A DNA stretch of 64,000 nt from Microcoleus sp. GTDB taxonomy: Bacteria; Cyanobacteriota; Cyanobacteriia; Cyanobacteriales; Microcoleaceae. Every line of letters begins with the position of its first letter. The first letter of the stretch is position 1. The DNA lies in contig JAYFMW010000003.1 in the NCBI GenBank assembly GCA_042408215.1, forward strand, positions 160,001 to 224,000, written 5' to 3'. A program made the position numbers and the translations under genes. Of the stretch, positions 19,184 through 29,050 are shown piece by piece. The notes beneath the pieces are model-generated. The model was given only the letters and a program-made list of their open reading frames with translations. It made no database searches and was not told where the DNA came from.

Positions 19184-19900
19184 TTACCAATTCCCTATTA
19201 AATGGTTTTCCATCGCAAAACGAACGAGTTCTGCACGGTTATTGCTTAGGGTTTTTCGGAACAAGCTGCTGACGTGCTTTTCGATGGTTCGAGGACTGAG
19301 GTGGAGCCTGGAGCCTATTTGAATATTAGAAAAACCTTCTGTCAGCAAATCTAAGACTTCTCGCTCTCGCTGCGTCAAACTCGGAGAATTTTGACCCGGA
19401 GACTGGCGATCGCCAATTTCTGAGTTTTGAGTGAAAAAATCCAATTCTCCCTTGTCCTTGACTCTGCTACGCGCCTCTTTTGGCATCATTTCTGGCTCCG
19501 GGGAGCGAGACGAGGCCTGGGCGATGAGAGCGTATCGATCGAGCAAAGAGCGAATTACCACCCCCAACTCACTGAGTTCAAAAGGCTTCGCCAGAAAATT
19601 GTCGCAGCCCATCTGATAGCCACGAATCCGCTCCTCAGTGCTCGTGCGTTCCGTCAAAAAAATCACCGGTAACAAGCGGAAAGCCGGACGAGCCCGCACT
19701 CGCCGCACGAACTCGTACCCGTCCATTTCAGGCATTGTAATGTCAGTAACAATCAAGTGCGGCTGAAATTCCTCTACCAAGCCTAAAGCTTCTTTGCCGT
19801 TCTCAGCAGCGATAACCGAATAACCCAAAATTTCCAGATAATCGTTAATCGACAAGCGAGTCGCGAAATCGTCGTCAGCAACCAGAATCGTCAAGGGCAT
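19184..19900 (-). CDS. NarL/LuxR-family response regulator
   Basis: ILVADDD...[11 protein letters not shown]...KPF receiver; [29 protein letters not shown]. Confidence 0.9.
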   Translation of the reverse strand: MPLTILVADDDFATRLSINDYLEILGYSVIAAENGKEALGLVEEFQPHLIVTDITMPEMDGYEFVRRVRARPAFRLLPVIFLTERTSTEERIRGYQMGCDNFLAKPFELSELGVVIRSLLDRYALIAQASSRSPEPEMMPKEARSRVKDKGELDFFTQNSEIGDRQSPGQNSPSLTQREREVLDLLTEGFSNIQIGSRLHLSPRTIEKHVSSLFRKTLSNNRAELVRFAMENHLIGNW

Positions 19901-19984
19901 GGGGGGAATTAGAAGTTAAACAGTGAACATTAAAAATTAAAAATGACTAATTTCACTTTTAATTTTTAATTCTACTGTTTAAGT

Positions 19985-21573
19985 TTATTGATAGCTTGTA
20001 GTCAAAGTAGCCGGCTGCCCGAAATTGCCCTCCAAGAGCCACGCCCCGCCCGTTAGCAGCCAAATGCCGCAGAATTTTGTAAATAACCTCGATTTGGTCT
20101 GGCATTCCGGCTTTTTCGGCAATTTCTGCTACAGACAAAGGAGTTCCAGCATCTTTGATAACTTCCAGCACCTGTTTTTGCAAATCCAACACAGCAGCGG
20201 CGGCTTTTTTGCCTGCTTCGACGCCCGGTTGGTGATAGGCGTTGACATTCACCAAGGAACCGTAAAAACCTACTGCTCTTTCGTAGAGGGCAATTAATGC
20301 TCCTACCGTCCGAGGGTTTACTTGCGGAATGGTCACAGTAATCGAATCTCGCTGATTCTCCGACAAAGCTTGTCGAGTTCCCTGGAACAAACCCGACAAA
20401 TAATCTCCCGATGTCACGCCGGTTTCGACTTCGGGAGAAATGCCTTGCCTGTCTTGCAAAACTTCAATAAATGTGAGGAAGAAATTCGGGACACCTTCTC
20501 GCAGTTGCTGGACGTAGGCGTGTTGGTCTGTTGTGCCTTTGTTGCCGTAAACTGCTATGCCTTGATAGACTGTGTTGCCGTCTAAGTCTTTCTCTTTGCC
20601 GATCGACTCCATGACTAATTGCTGCAAGTAGCGGCTGAACAATAGCAGTGAATCTTTGTACGGCAAAACTACCATATCTTTTTCGCCGCGTCCGTTGCAG
20701 GCAAAGTACCAACTCAGGGCTAAAAGGGCGGCGGGATTGTTTTTTATTTCTGGAATTCTGGTAGCTTCGTCCATGACTTTAGCACCTTCGAGCATTGCCC
20801 GAATGTCGATGCCTTGCAAAGCTGCTGGCAAAAGTCCGACTGCTGACAATTCGGAAGTGCGTCCTCCCACCCAATCTGCCATTGGGAAGGTGGTAATCCA
20901 GCCTTCGGATTTGGCTAATTTGTCTAGTTTGCTGTCTACTCCGGTGATGGCAATTGCTTGTTTGGCAAAGTCGAGTTTTTCGCGCGGCGAAGGCTTTTTG
21001 AACTTCGATCATGCCGTTGCGGGGTTCGGGGGTGCCGCCGGATTTTGAGGTGGTAATTACTAGGGTGCTGACGAGTTTGTCTTTGATTTGGTTGAGGATG
21101 CGATCGATTCCTGCCGGGTCAGTGTTGTCGATAAAATGTATTGCTAGGGGCGGAATGTCTGGGGATAAAGCTTCGGCGACAAATTGGGGGCCGAGGGCGG
21201 AACCGCCGATGCCGATCGAGATAATATCGGTAAATTGGGGAGCGAATGGTGGCTTGATGTCGCGGTTTTGAACTTTCTTGACAAATGATTCGATTTGTTG
21301 TAATGTCTCGACTATTTCTTGTTTGAGTTCTGAGGTAGGGGCCAGATCGGGGTTTCGGAGCCAGTAGTGGCCTACCATGCGGTGTTCGTCGGGATTGGCG
21401 ATCGCCCCTGCTTCTAAAGCGGCCATGTCTTTGAAAGCTTTGTCAAATTTGGGTTTCATTGTAGCGACGAAAGCGTCATTGAAGCCCATCCGGCTGATAT
21501 CGAGGTAAAGTCCCAATCCAGAGTGATAGTAAAGCCAGTCTTGATAGCGTTGCCAGAGTGTGATGGCGTCCAT
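19985..21573 (-). CDS. pgi: Glucose-6-phosphate isomerase, with apparent +1 frameshifts near 20976-20980 and ~20033 (likely sequencing errors)
   Basis: [10 protein letters not shown] and SKSGGTPE in ORF 20779..21573; [18 protein letters not shown] and [10 protein letters not shown] in ORF 19959..20882. Removing one A restores ...[16 protein letters not shown]... Confidence 0.9.
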
Positions 21574-22203
21574 AGGAATTCTCTACAATTTTTTTAATGT
21601 TCGATCGGCGTCATCGGGAATCCACCAATTGTAGTTTAAAACCATCTGATGTACGGCTTTTGCATAATTCTGATAAATTTAATAATTAGTTATATGAAAG
21701 TAGAAGGCTTTTGAAGGCAGAAGGCAGAATTCAAGAGCAATAGGATAGGACGGCAAAAAAACCCGGTTTCTGGGAACACTTCGGCTACCCTTCGGCTACG
21801 ATCGGGGGGGGCCGCTTTCGTGACCGGGTGGCTGCTCCCTTGAGATACTCGTCGCAGGGTTTCCGCGAGAGTTCAACCACCAGGGTTTTTGGCCCCGCGT
21901 GCGGAAAGGACTGTAGCACTTAGGCAATACCCCTGGGATAGGAGTCGATCGCCCATTGGTGGCAGCGCCCCATAGAGAGAGCCAATGTCAAGTGGGCTTG
22001 ACATATTGATTTAACTCTTGTCATAGTTGGGCTTTGAGTAAGGCTTTGACAATACTCAAATACTACTTTCGAGAATCATTACCATAGGTATTTGGGTCGA
22101 GTTAAATATACTTTTAGTTTTCCCTCAATAATTGGTTAAAAATATAATTAATCACGGAATTACAGTAGAATATACAGATATTAGAATTCAAGTACGATCG
22201 ACT

Positions 22204-23217
22204 ATGCTTACTCTCTCTCCCGAATTAAAAGAAAAATTAGCAACTCCGCTGAAAATCGGCGATTTTGAAGTAAAAAGCCGCGTGCTGCAATCGCCCTTGT
22301 CCGGCGTTACAGATTTGGTATTTCGTCGCCTGGTGCGTCGCTACGCACCGGATTCGATGATGTATACCGAAATGGTGAATGCTACAGGTTTGCACTACGT
22401 GAAGCAACTGCCGAGAATTATGGAAATTGACCCAAACGAACGGCCGATTAGCATTCAATTGTTTGACTGTCGCCCGGACTTTTTGGCAGAAGCGGCACAG
22501 AAAGCGGTGGCAGAAGGAGCGGATACAGTTGATATTAATATGGGCTGTCCGGTTAACAAAATTACTAAAAATGGTGGCGGTTCTTCCTTGCTACGAGAAC
22601 CCGAAACTGCTGAGGCAATTGTGCGGAGAGTTGTGCAAGCTGTAGATGTTCCGGTGACAGTCAAAACTCGCATCGGCTGGACGGACAAAGAAATTAATAT
22701 TTTGGATTTTGGGAAGCGGATGGAAGATGCGGGAGCAAAAATGATTACCGTGCATGGTCGGACTCGATCGCAAGGTTACACCGGCCCGGCAAAATGGGAG
22801 TGGATTCGCCGCGTTAAAGAAGTTTTGTCAATTCCAGTGATTGCGAATGGGGATATTTTTTCTGTGGAGGCGGCCCTGCGGTGTCTGGAAGAAACAGGCG
22901 CGGATGGAGTGATGTGTTCGCGGGGAACTTTGGGCTATCCTTTCTTGGTGGGAGAAGTGGATTATTTCCTAAAAACAGGTGTGGAAAAGATAAATCCGAC
23001 ACCAATTGAACGGCTCGAATGTGCTAAGGAACATTTGCGGGCTTTGTGGGAATATAAAGGTGAGAGCGGTGTATGTCAAGCGCGCAAGCACTTAACCTGG
23101 TATGCTAAAGGCTTCCCCGGTGCTGGGGAATTGCGGGGCTTGTTGGCGGTGGTAGAAACGGTGCAGCAAGGTTGCGATGCGATCGATCGGGCGATCGAGC
23201 AATTACCCGCAAGTTAA
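22204..23217 (+). CDS. dusB: tRNA-dihydrouridine synthase DusB
   Basis: QSPLSGVTD, DINMGCPV, VTVKTRIG, TVHGRT, IANGDI, GVMCSRG. Confidence 0.92.
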   Translation: MLTLSPELKEKLATPLKIGDFEVKSRVLQSPLSGVTDLVFRRLVRRYAPDSMMYTEMVNATGLHYVKQLPRIMEIDPNERPISIQLFDCRPDFLAEAAQKAVAEGADTVDINMGCPVNKITKNGGGSSLLREPETAEAIVRRVVQAVDVPVTVKTRIGWTDKEINILDFGKRMEDAGAKMITVHGRTRSQGYTGPAKWEWIRRVKEVLSIPVIANGDIFSVEAALRCLEETGADGVMCSRGTLGYPFLVGEVDYFLKTGVEKINPTPIERLECAKEHLRALWEYKGESGVCQARKHLTWYAKGFPGAGELRGLLAVVETVQQGCDAIDRAIEQLPAS

Positions 23218-23306
23218 AATCAGCGAATCGCCAGCGGGAACACAAACAAAACCCGCCAGCGCGGGCTAAGATTTAAGACACAGTTGAAAATTGGTGTGGG
23301 GTAAAT

Positions 23307-24227
23307 ATGGACTCATTAAAAGGGCGAGATTTATTAAGTCTGGCAGATTTAAATATTGACGAATTAAATTATTTACTGGATCTAGCAGCCAGTTTAAAAT
23401 CGGGAATGGTGAAGCTGAAACGCACAAAAGTTCTCGGCTTATTATTTTCCAAAGCTTCGACGCGAACCAGGGTAAGTTTTACGGTGGCCATGTATAAATT
23501 GGGAGGTCAAGTTATTGACCTCAATCCTAATGTTACTCAAGTCAGCCGTGGGGAACCTTTGGTCGATACAGCCCGGGTTTTAGACAGATATTTAGACGTT
23601 TTAGCGATTCGGACTTTCGAGCAAAAGGACTTAGTAACTTTTGCTAATTATGCAAAAATTCCTGTGATTAACGCCCTGACAGATGACGAACATCCCTGTC
23701 AAGTGCTGGCGGATTTAATGACAGTCCAAGAGTGTTTTGGCAAATTGGAAGGACTGACTTTGACTTACTTGGGCGACGGTAACAACATGGCTAATTCGCT
23801 GATGTTGGGCTGTGCAATGATGGGGATGAATGTGAGAATTGCTTGTCCTGAAGATTTTATGCCCAATCCTGAGATAGTGGAAAAGGCGAAGGCGATGGCT
23901 AAGGGAAAAACAGAAGTTACTGTGACTACTGATGCCAAAGCTGCTGCTAAGGATGCTCAAGTGATTTATACTGATGTTTGGGCGAGTATGGGACAGGAAG
24001 AGGAAGCTAAAACCAGGATTCCTTTGTTTGAGCCTTATCAGGTAAATGAGGGATTGCTGAAGTTAGCCGATCGCAATGCAATTGTATTACACTGTTTGCC
24101 GGCGCACCGAGACGAAGAGATTACAGATGCGGTAATTGAAGGAAGTCAATCGCGCGTTTGGGAGCAAGCCGAAAATCGGATGCACGCTCAGCAAGCTTTG
24201 CTGGCTAGTATTCTGGAAAGCGATTAG
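23307..24227 (+). CDS. argF: Ornithine carbamoyltransferase
   Basis: STRTR, HPCQ, DVWASMG, HCLPAHR, QAENRMH. Confidence 0.95.
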   Translation: MDSLKGRDLLSLADLNIDELNYLLDLAASLKSGMVKLKRTKVLGLLFSKASTRTRVSFTVAMYKLGGQVIDLNPNVTQVSRGEPLVDTARVLDRYLDVLAIRTFEQKDLVTFANYAKIPVINALTDDEHPCQVLADLMTVQECFGKLEGLTLTYLGDGNNMANSLMLGCAMMGMNVRIACPEDFMPNPEIVEKAKAMAKGKTEVTVTTDAKAAAKDAQVIYTDVWASMGQEEEAKTRIPLFEPYQVNEGLLKLADRNAIVLHCLPAHRDEEITDAVIEGSQSRVWEQAENRMHAQQALLASILESD

Positions 24228-24235
24228 GAATAGAG

Positions 24236-24290
24236 AAGTTCGGCAACGGATTTTGTAACGGATGTAACGGATGTAATGGATGTAACGGAG
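24236..24290 (+). repeat. GAAGTTCGGCAACGGAT-(GTAACGGAT)n short dispersed repeat
   Basis: Related copies at about 48728-48768 (+) and 57890-57940 (-). Confidence 0.7.
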
Positions 24291-24304
24291 GTCAGTCAGG
24301 CAGT

Positions 24305-24495
24305 TTTCAATTTGATATTATTGGCGGCAACATTGCCTGAATTGCGATATTGACAGAGGGAAATTGGAGCGGTGAAATGCTCCCATTTTCCCCAAGAATC
24401 AATTCGCTTTGATACCCATTTTCAGCGGGTTCTCGAAAAACATGAAGTTGTCGCTCATTTACATTTAATATCCAATAATCGGCAATTCCCGATCG
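24305..24495 (-). pseudogene. 3' remnant of a Uma2-family gene, paralogous to 26432-26620
   Basis: Colinear, diverged copy of 26430-26620 (TTTCAATTTGATAT...GGCAATTCCCGATCG) that breaks off at CGATCG. Confidence 0.85.
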
Positions 24496-24500
24496 ACACC

Positions 24501-25805
24501 ATGCTAACAGAATTTACCCTCGCCAACTTCAAGAGTTACAAAACAAGCCGATTACCACTTGGAGCGCTGACTGTGCTCATCGGAGCCAACGCCGCAGGTA
24601 AAAGTAATGCAATAGAAGCTTTACGCTTTCTGTCATGGTTGGCGCAAGGTCAAAAACTGACGACTATTCAATATGCGGTCAATAATGCCGATCGCATTAT
24701 ACGCGGTCGAGTCGATGATTTGTGCCATCTTGAACAGTCAAGTTTTACCATTGGTTGCCATTTAGACTCAACAGAATGGAACCAACTTGATCTAACCCTC
24801 AATGTACGTGAAGGAGAACTGCATATTAGTAGTGAGCGGATTGTTGGCTCGACAAAGAAAATGTCGCTATATGACCTCGATCAACCCTCTCAAGGAATAG
24901 GGACTGATGTGGGTGTTTCCTATAACAACTTTACAAGGGGTAAAAATAAGCCACGAGTAATTTGCAGCGATCAAATGGCGATCTTTGTTCAATTAGAAAC
25001 ACCAGCTCGTTTTGATACAAAAAACCATAAATCCCAAAAAGTTATTCCTGAAACAGTCCGCGAATATCAAAGAGTATTACAAAACATCCTATTTCTAGAT
25101 CCCGTTCCCGCCAAAATGCGCGAGTACAGTTTCAAATCGGATAAACGCTTACAGGAAGATGGAACTAATCTTTCCAGCGTTTTGTTTCGCCTATGGGACA
25201 ACAAACCCGACAATCAAAAAACAATTTTAAACTTGATTCAGAGCTTACCAGAGCAGGCTATAGAAGGACTAGATTTTATTTTTGGCCCACGAGATGAAGT
25301 GATGGTGCGGCTGGCAGAAACCTTTGGTAATAATCAGCGCTATTGCGAAGCTGCTTTGTTATCAGATGGCACTTTGCGGGTATTAGCAATTACAGCAGCC
25401 ATGCTATCAGCAACCGAAGGTAGTTTCGTCGTCATCGAAGAAATCGATAATGGCGTTCATCCCAACCGCGCGAAACATCTACTAACCTGCATTCGAGATA
25501 TTGCGGAGCGTCGTAATTTGCGAGTGTTGCTATCTACTCACAACCCCGCTCTTATGGATGCCTTACCTGATGCTGCTCTCGGTGACGTAGTATTTTGTTA
25601 CCGAGATCCACAAGCAGGAGATAGCCGTCTTATACGACTCGGAGATATGTATGATTATCCTAGCCTGATATCGCAAGGCCCCCTTGGTCAATTGGTAACT
25701 GCTGGAGTAGTGGATAGGTTTGTCAAGTCGGCACACAAGCCTGAGCAGAGAAAACAGCAAGCAATGGCATGGCTATCTCGTTTGCAGGAGTATGGAAATG
25801 AGTAG
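24501..25805 (+). CDS. ABC/AAA_21-type ATPase
   Basis: MLTEFTLANFKSY start, Walker A GANAAGKSN, signature LSDGT, Walker B VIEEIDNGVHP, STHNP. The upstream extension in the ORF track is antisense Uma2 remnant. Confidence 0.88.
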   Translation: MLTEFTLANFKSYKTSRLPLGALTVLIGANAAGKSNAIEALRFLSWLAQGQKLTTIQYAVNNADRIIRGRVDDLCHLEQSSFTIGCHLDSTEWNQLDLTLNVREGELHISSERIVGSTKKMSLYDLDQPSQGIGTDVGVSYNNFTRGKNKPRVICSDQMAIFVQLETPARFDTKNHKSQKVIPETVREYQRVLQNILFLDPVPAKMREYSFKSDKRLQEDGTNLSSVLFRLWDNKPDNQKTILNLIQSLPEQAIEGLDFIFGPRDEVMVRLAETFGNNQRYCEAALLSDGTLRVLAITAAMLSATEGSFVVIEEIDNGVHPNRAKHLLTCIRDIAERRNLRVLLSTHNPALMDALPDAALGDVVFCYRDPQAGDSRLIRLGDMYDYPSLISQGPLGQLVTAGVVDRFVKSAHKPEQRKQQAMAWLSRLQEYGNE

Positions 25806-26280
25806 TATTTGCCTAATTGATACTAGCATTTTCCTCAACTTTCTTAATGTTCCAAATTGCAATCAGGATAGGGAATTAGTCCTCAAAGATTATAAGATTT
25901 ATGTTGAATCTGGTTGTACATTTTTGTTACCGATGGCAACCATAATAGAAACAGGCAACCACATTGCCCAGAATGGCAATGGTACAATCCGAAGGGAAAC
26001 AGCCATACATTTTGTTGCAGAAGTTAAAGCTGCATTTAAGGGTGAAGCCCCTTGGTCACTTACTCAATTCCCGAATACAGAAGAGATACTACGGTGGATT
26101 GACAATTTTCCTGATTTAGCTGGCCGAAACAAAGTCGCTGATAAGTATGAAGGAACTAGCTTCGGCGATCTCAGTATCATTGAGGAATTTAATAAATCGT
26201 GTAAGCGATTTCCCATGAGAGAAGTGTTTATTTGGTCACTGGATAGTGATTTAAACAGCTATCACCAAAACGCAAAATAA
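25798..26280 (+). CDS. PIN-domain-like protein (putative ribonuclease)
   Basis: CLIDTS, IIETGN, FGDLSII and WSLDSDL give the four acidic PIN-like positions; 8-nt overlap with the ATPase stop. Confidence 0.7.
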   Translation: MSSICLIDTSIFLNFLNVPNCNQDRELVLKDYKIYVESGCTFLLPMATIIETGNHIAQNGNGTIRRETAIHFVAEVKAAFKGEAPWSLTQFPNTEEILRWIDNFPDLAGRNKVADKYEGTSFGDLSIIEEFNKSCKRFPMREVFIWSLDSDLNSYHQNAK

Positions 26281-26431
26281 CGATCGTAGTCCTGGACACA
26301 TAAATAGGCGATTGCTAAGAGAAAACCATGCTCTCTATATCTCTCTTTTCTCTTTCTCTGCGCCCTCTGCGCCCTCTGCGGTTCAAAAAAAAAATCTAAT
26401 TCACAAATGAATAGAATTGATCCAGCCATTT

Positions 26432-27016
26432 TCAATTTGATATAATTGGCGGCAACATTTCTTGAATAGCGATATTGACAGTGGGAAATTGCAGCGGTGA
26501 AATGCTCCCATTTTCCCCAAGAATCAATTCGCTTTGATACCCATCAACGGCGGGTTCTCGAAAAATGTGGAGTTGTCGATTGTTCACATTTAACACCCAA
26601 TAATCGGCAATTCCCGATCGCGCGTAAGCCTTGGCCTTAATTTCGCGATCGAAAGTTAAGCTGCTGTCTGCCACTTCGATAATTAGATATACTTCTGAGG
26701 GAGTTGGGTGGTGAGTCGCATAGTCAAAAGGATCGATTCTGACTACGGCGATATCTGGTTCGGGTTCAGAATTGTCATCGAGTGCGATCGGATCTTGCAT
26801 TCGTACCCAAGCCAGATTTCCAAAAAGGTTTTGTAGCAATCTATCTGTACGCCCTAAAGCGGAGGTGTGAGCAGTTCCTTTTGCACTCATTTTGATGATA
26901 TTTCCTGAAAGTAATTCGACTCGTTCCTCTGGGTGAAAAACTCCCATTTCCCCCAGTTTATGATACTCTTTTACTGTCCATTTACGGATTGTGAAAGGGG
27001 CTTCTGTTATCAGCAT
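26432..27016 (-). CDS. Uma2-family endonuclease
   Basis: RVELLSG.I, EPEPDIAV, LIIEVADSS, KAKAYARSGIADYWVL. Confidence 0.9.
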   Translation of the reverse strand: MLITEAPFTIRKWTVKEYHKLGEMGVFHPEERVELLSGNIIKMSAKGTAHTSALGRTDRLLQNLFGNLAWVRMQDPIALDDNSEPEPDIAVVRIDPFDYATHHPTPSEVYLIIEVADSSLTFDREIKAKAYARSGIADYWVLNVNNRQLHIFREPAVDGYQSELILGENGSISPLQFPTVNIAIQEMLPPIISN

Positions 27017-27072
27017 AGTTCCCTCGCTAAATTTATAATCTGATGTGAGACAATTTGATTCTAGCTTATTAA

Positions 27073-27190
27073 CTGGTTCCCAGGCAGAGCCTGGGAACCG
27101 ATGTCTAGAGGCTCTGCCTCGCTTGGTAGCTTGGGAAAATTGGAGGCAGAGCCTCCGGATCTGCGTTCTCCCGGCAGAGCCTGGGAACGA
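27073..27190. repeat. GTTCCCAGGCAGAGCCTGGGAAC palindromic repeat cluster
   Basis: Several AGGCAGAGCCT-centred palindromes; another copy at about 52958-52985. Confidence 0.7.
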
Positions 27191-27204
27191 GTAGAATGAG
27201 TAGA

Positions 27205-28842
27205 TTAAGAGGCTCCGAGATTGATTTTTGTGACTTCGCCGGCGACAACATTAACAGTTTGTTGAATCTGACTTCCATCAACCTTTAACTGATAAGTTCC
27301 AGGAGAAAGCTCGATCGCCCCAAACCATCCTGTACCATCCGCGCGCAGTTGGCGCACCTTGCCATTAGCATCGATCGCCTGCAATGTCAAGCCCGCGCCG
27401 TCGCAAGTTCGAGAGCACCTTTGCAAATTACCGGCGATCGCACCTGTAGTCGGCTGCGACTTCCAAGGCTGATCGGGAACGGCTGCCGGAGTCGCCCACA
27501 CAGGCTGAGTTTGAACGGTTCTGCCCGTAGCGCCGTCAACGTATTGACTCGGCTGGGAGAGGGCGGTATAAAACCAATCATTGCTCTGGGACACGAATTT
27601 CCAAGGCTGGCGGGGCAAATCACCGCTACCGCCCGATCGCAGATCGCCGTTAGTGTAAATATTGCTACTAGCGTAGGAATACAGCACCGTACCTGCAACG
27701 TGATTTCCTGTCGCAGAAGGAGCTTCAGCGCGGCGAATCTGGGCGAGAGTGTCTTCGATATAGTTGAGGTAATTGCCGGGACCGATCGCAATTTGGCGAT
27801 TGTACTGGTGGTTTTTAGCGTACTCGATCCAGTGGTTGTAACCCAGCTTCTGCTGCGGCTTGTACTCCCGCTGGTAGGTCATCGGCATCGCCATGTCGAT
27901 GATACCTTCTTCTAGCCAAGCGCGCCAATCTTGCAGGACTTCTCTGTATGGTTGCGTTTTATACCAGTCGCTATCGCTTTTCGGGCCGTCGCCCCAGGCG
28001 ATCGTGGCGGCGGTAATTTTGACACGCGGTTTAATCGCCAGGGCTTCTACATATAGCTTCCGCACTAAATTTGTCACCTGATCGCGTCGCCACTGCATCC
28101 ACGCGGGATCGCTTGGTTTTGGTGTACCAGTGCGGCCGGTTTGCTGATTGAAACGGGCGATCGCAGTGGGATTGTAGCCCCAATTCGGCCCGCCGTAGCG
28201 CACGTAATCGAGCTGTACGCCGTCCACATCGTAGCGCTTCAGCAAATCCAAATAGACGGAAACAGTATAATCTAAGGCGTCAGGATGACCAGGATCGAGA
28301 AAACCTTTCGATTCCCCACCGTAAGTCAGCATCGCCCAATTGTCCTTTCCTGGAGCATTGGGTCCGTGTTGTTGCCAAATGTGACCGGCGGGGAGTTTAC
28401 CGCCCGAAACTACTGGTAGCGTTACCATCCAAGCGTGGACTTCAATGCCTGCGGCGTGCGCTTTGTCAATCAAATCTTGGAGGGGATCGAAACCGGCGGG
28501 AACGTTGGGATCGAGGGTGCGTGGTTCGATCGCACTGGTGTAAAAAGCATCACCACGGCGGCGCACTTGGGCGACGATCGCGTTTGCATTGGCTCGTTTG
28601 GCGTCGGCGATCAATTTTGTGACTTCTTGAGGTGTTTTGAAGCCTGGATTAAATGCGTCCACCCAGAAGGCTCGAAATTCGGCGGTTTGGGTTTGTGGGG
28701 GCATAGTTGCGTTAGCGAAGCCCTCGAAGAGGATCGCGCGATTCGGGAACCAGTGTGATAACCAGCCAGGAGTCAGGAGAAAACTGATTGTTAAGCCGAT
28801 CGAAAAAAGACTTGACAAAAAGAATGTTTTGGGTTTACGCAT
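27205..28842 (-). CDS. Glycoside hydrolase-like family 10 (GHL10/YddW-type) protein with C-terminal beta-sandwich domain
   Basis: N-terminal hydrophobic segment; EFRAFWV, QVRRRGDAFY, FDPLQ..IDKAHAAGIEVHAW, FLDPGHP, YDVDGVQLDY, QDWRAWL. Confidence 0.85.
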   Translation of the reverse strand: MRKPKTFFLSSLFSIGLTISFLLTPGWLSHWFPNRAILFEGFANATMPPQTQTAEFRAFWVDAFNPGFKTPQEVTKLIADAKRANANAIVAQVRRRGDAFYTSAIEPRTLDPNVPAGFDPLQDLIDKAHAAGIEVHAWMVTLPVVSGGKLPAGHIWQQHGPNAPGKDNWAMLTYGGESKGFLDPGHPDALDYTVSVYLDLLKRYDVDGVQLDYVRYGGPNWGYNPTAIARFNQQTGRTGTPKPSDPAWMQWRRDQVTNLVRKLYVEALAIKPRVKITAATIAWGDGPKSDSDWYKTQPYREVLQDWRAWLEEGIIDMAMPMTYQREYKPQQKLGYNHWIEYAKNHQYNRQIAIGPGNYLNYIEDTLAQIRRAEAPSATGNHVAGTVLYSYASSNIYTNGDLRSGGSGDLPRQPWKFVSQSNDWFYTALSQPSQYVDGATGRTVQTQPVWATPAAVPDQPWKSQPTTGAIAGNLQRCSRTCDGAGLTLQAIDANGKVRQLRADGTGWFGAIELSPGTYQLKVDGSQIQQTVNVVAGEVTKINLGAS

Positions 28843-28947
28843 CAGAATTGTGTGAGAGAGCGTTTAACTGTTGTTTACGGACTTGGAGTTCGATCGTCGG
28901 AGTCAATCTCAAAGATCAAATCCAAAATCTCAAATCGTTCGATCGTC

Positions 28948-28967
28948 CGCTTGACATTTTTGCACAT
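28948..28967 (+). repeat. 20-bp direct repeat, left copy, flanking the ParA/ParB-like cassette
   Basis: CGCTTGACATTTTTGCACAT versus CGCTTGACATTTTAGCACAT at 31340-31359 (1 mismatch). Confidence 0.7.
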
Positions 28968-29050
28968 TAATATATTTAGCGATCGGAGCGATAAATATAT
29001 TTAGTTAAAAAGATGTATTTGAGATGACAATAACACCACTTCACCTAGTT

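Noticed and set aside
18787..19322. ORFs with SPITNHQ / CPMPNAQ repeats resembling RiPP precursors or metallothioneins
   Set aside because: They are translations of heptamer DNA repeats that are open in multiple frames on both strands; no leader peptide or modifying enzymes are nearby.
20031..20040. TCCAAGAGCC at the distal pgi frameshift, identical to the odd flank of MITE copy 1
   Set aside because: A single homopolymer expansion of a normal Ala-Leu-Glu codon string explains it; a 10-mer match is not enough to invoke a shared mechanism.
20960..21000. Programmed ribosomal frameshift in pgi
   Set aside because: No canonical slippery heptamer or obvious stimulatory structure, and similar +1 lesions occur elsewhere in the window.
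24372..24500. 43-aa N-terminal extension of the ATPase in the ORF track
   Set aside because: It is the antisense of the Uma2 remnant; the family-typical start is ATG 24501.
27349..28758. Long alternative-frame and antisense ORFs over the GHL10 gene (also over htpG, murC and the RND gene)
   Set aside because: Shadow ORFs with no recognisable motifs, overlapping well-supported genes.
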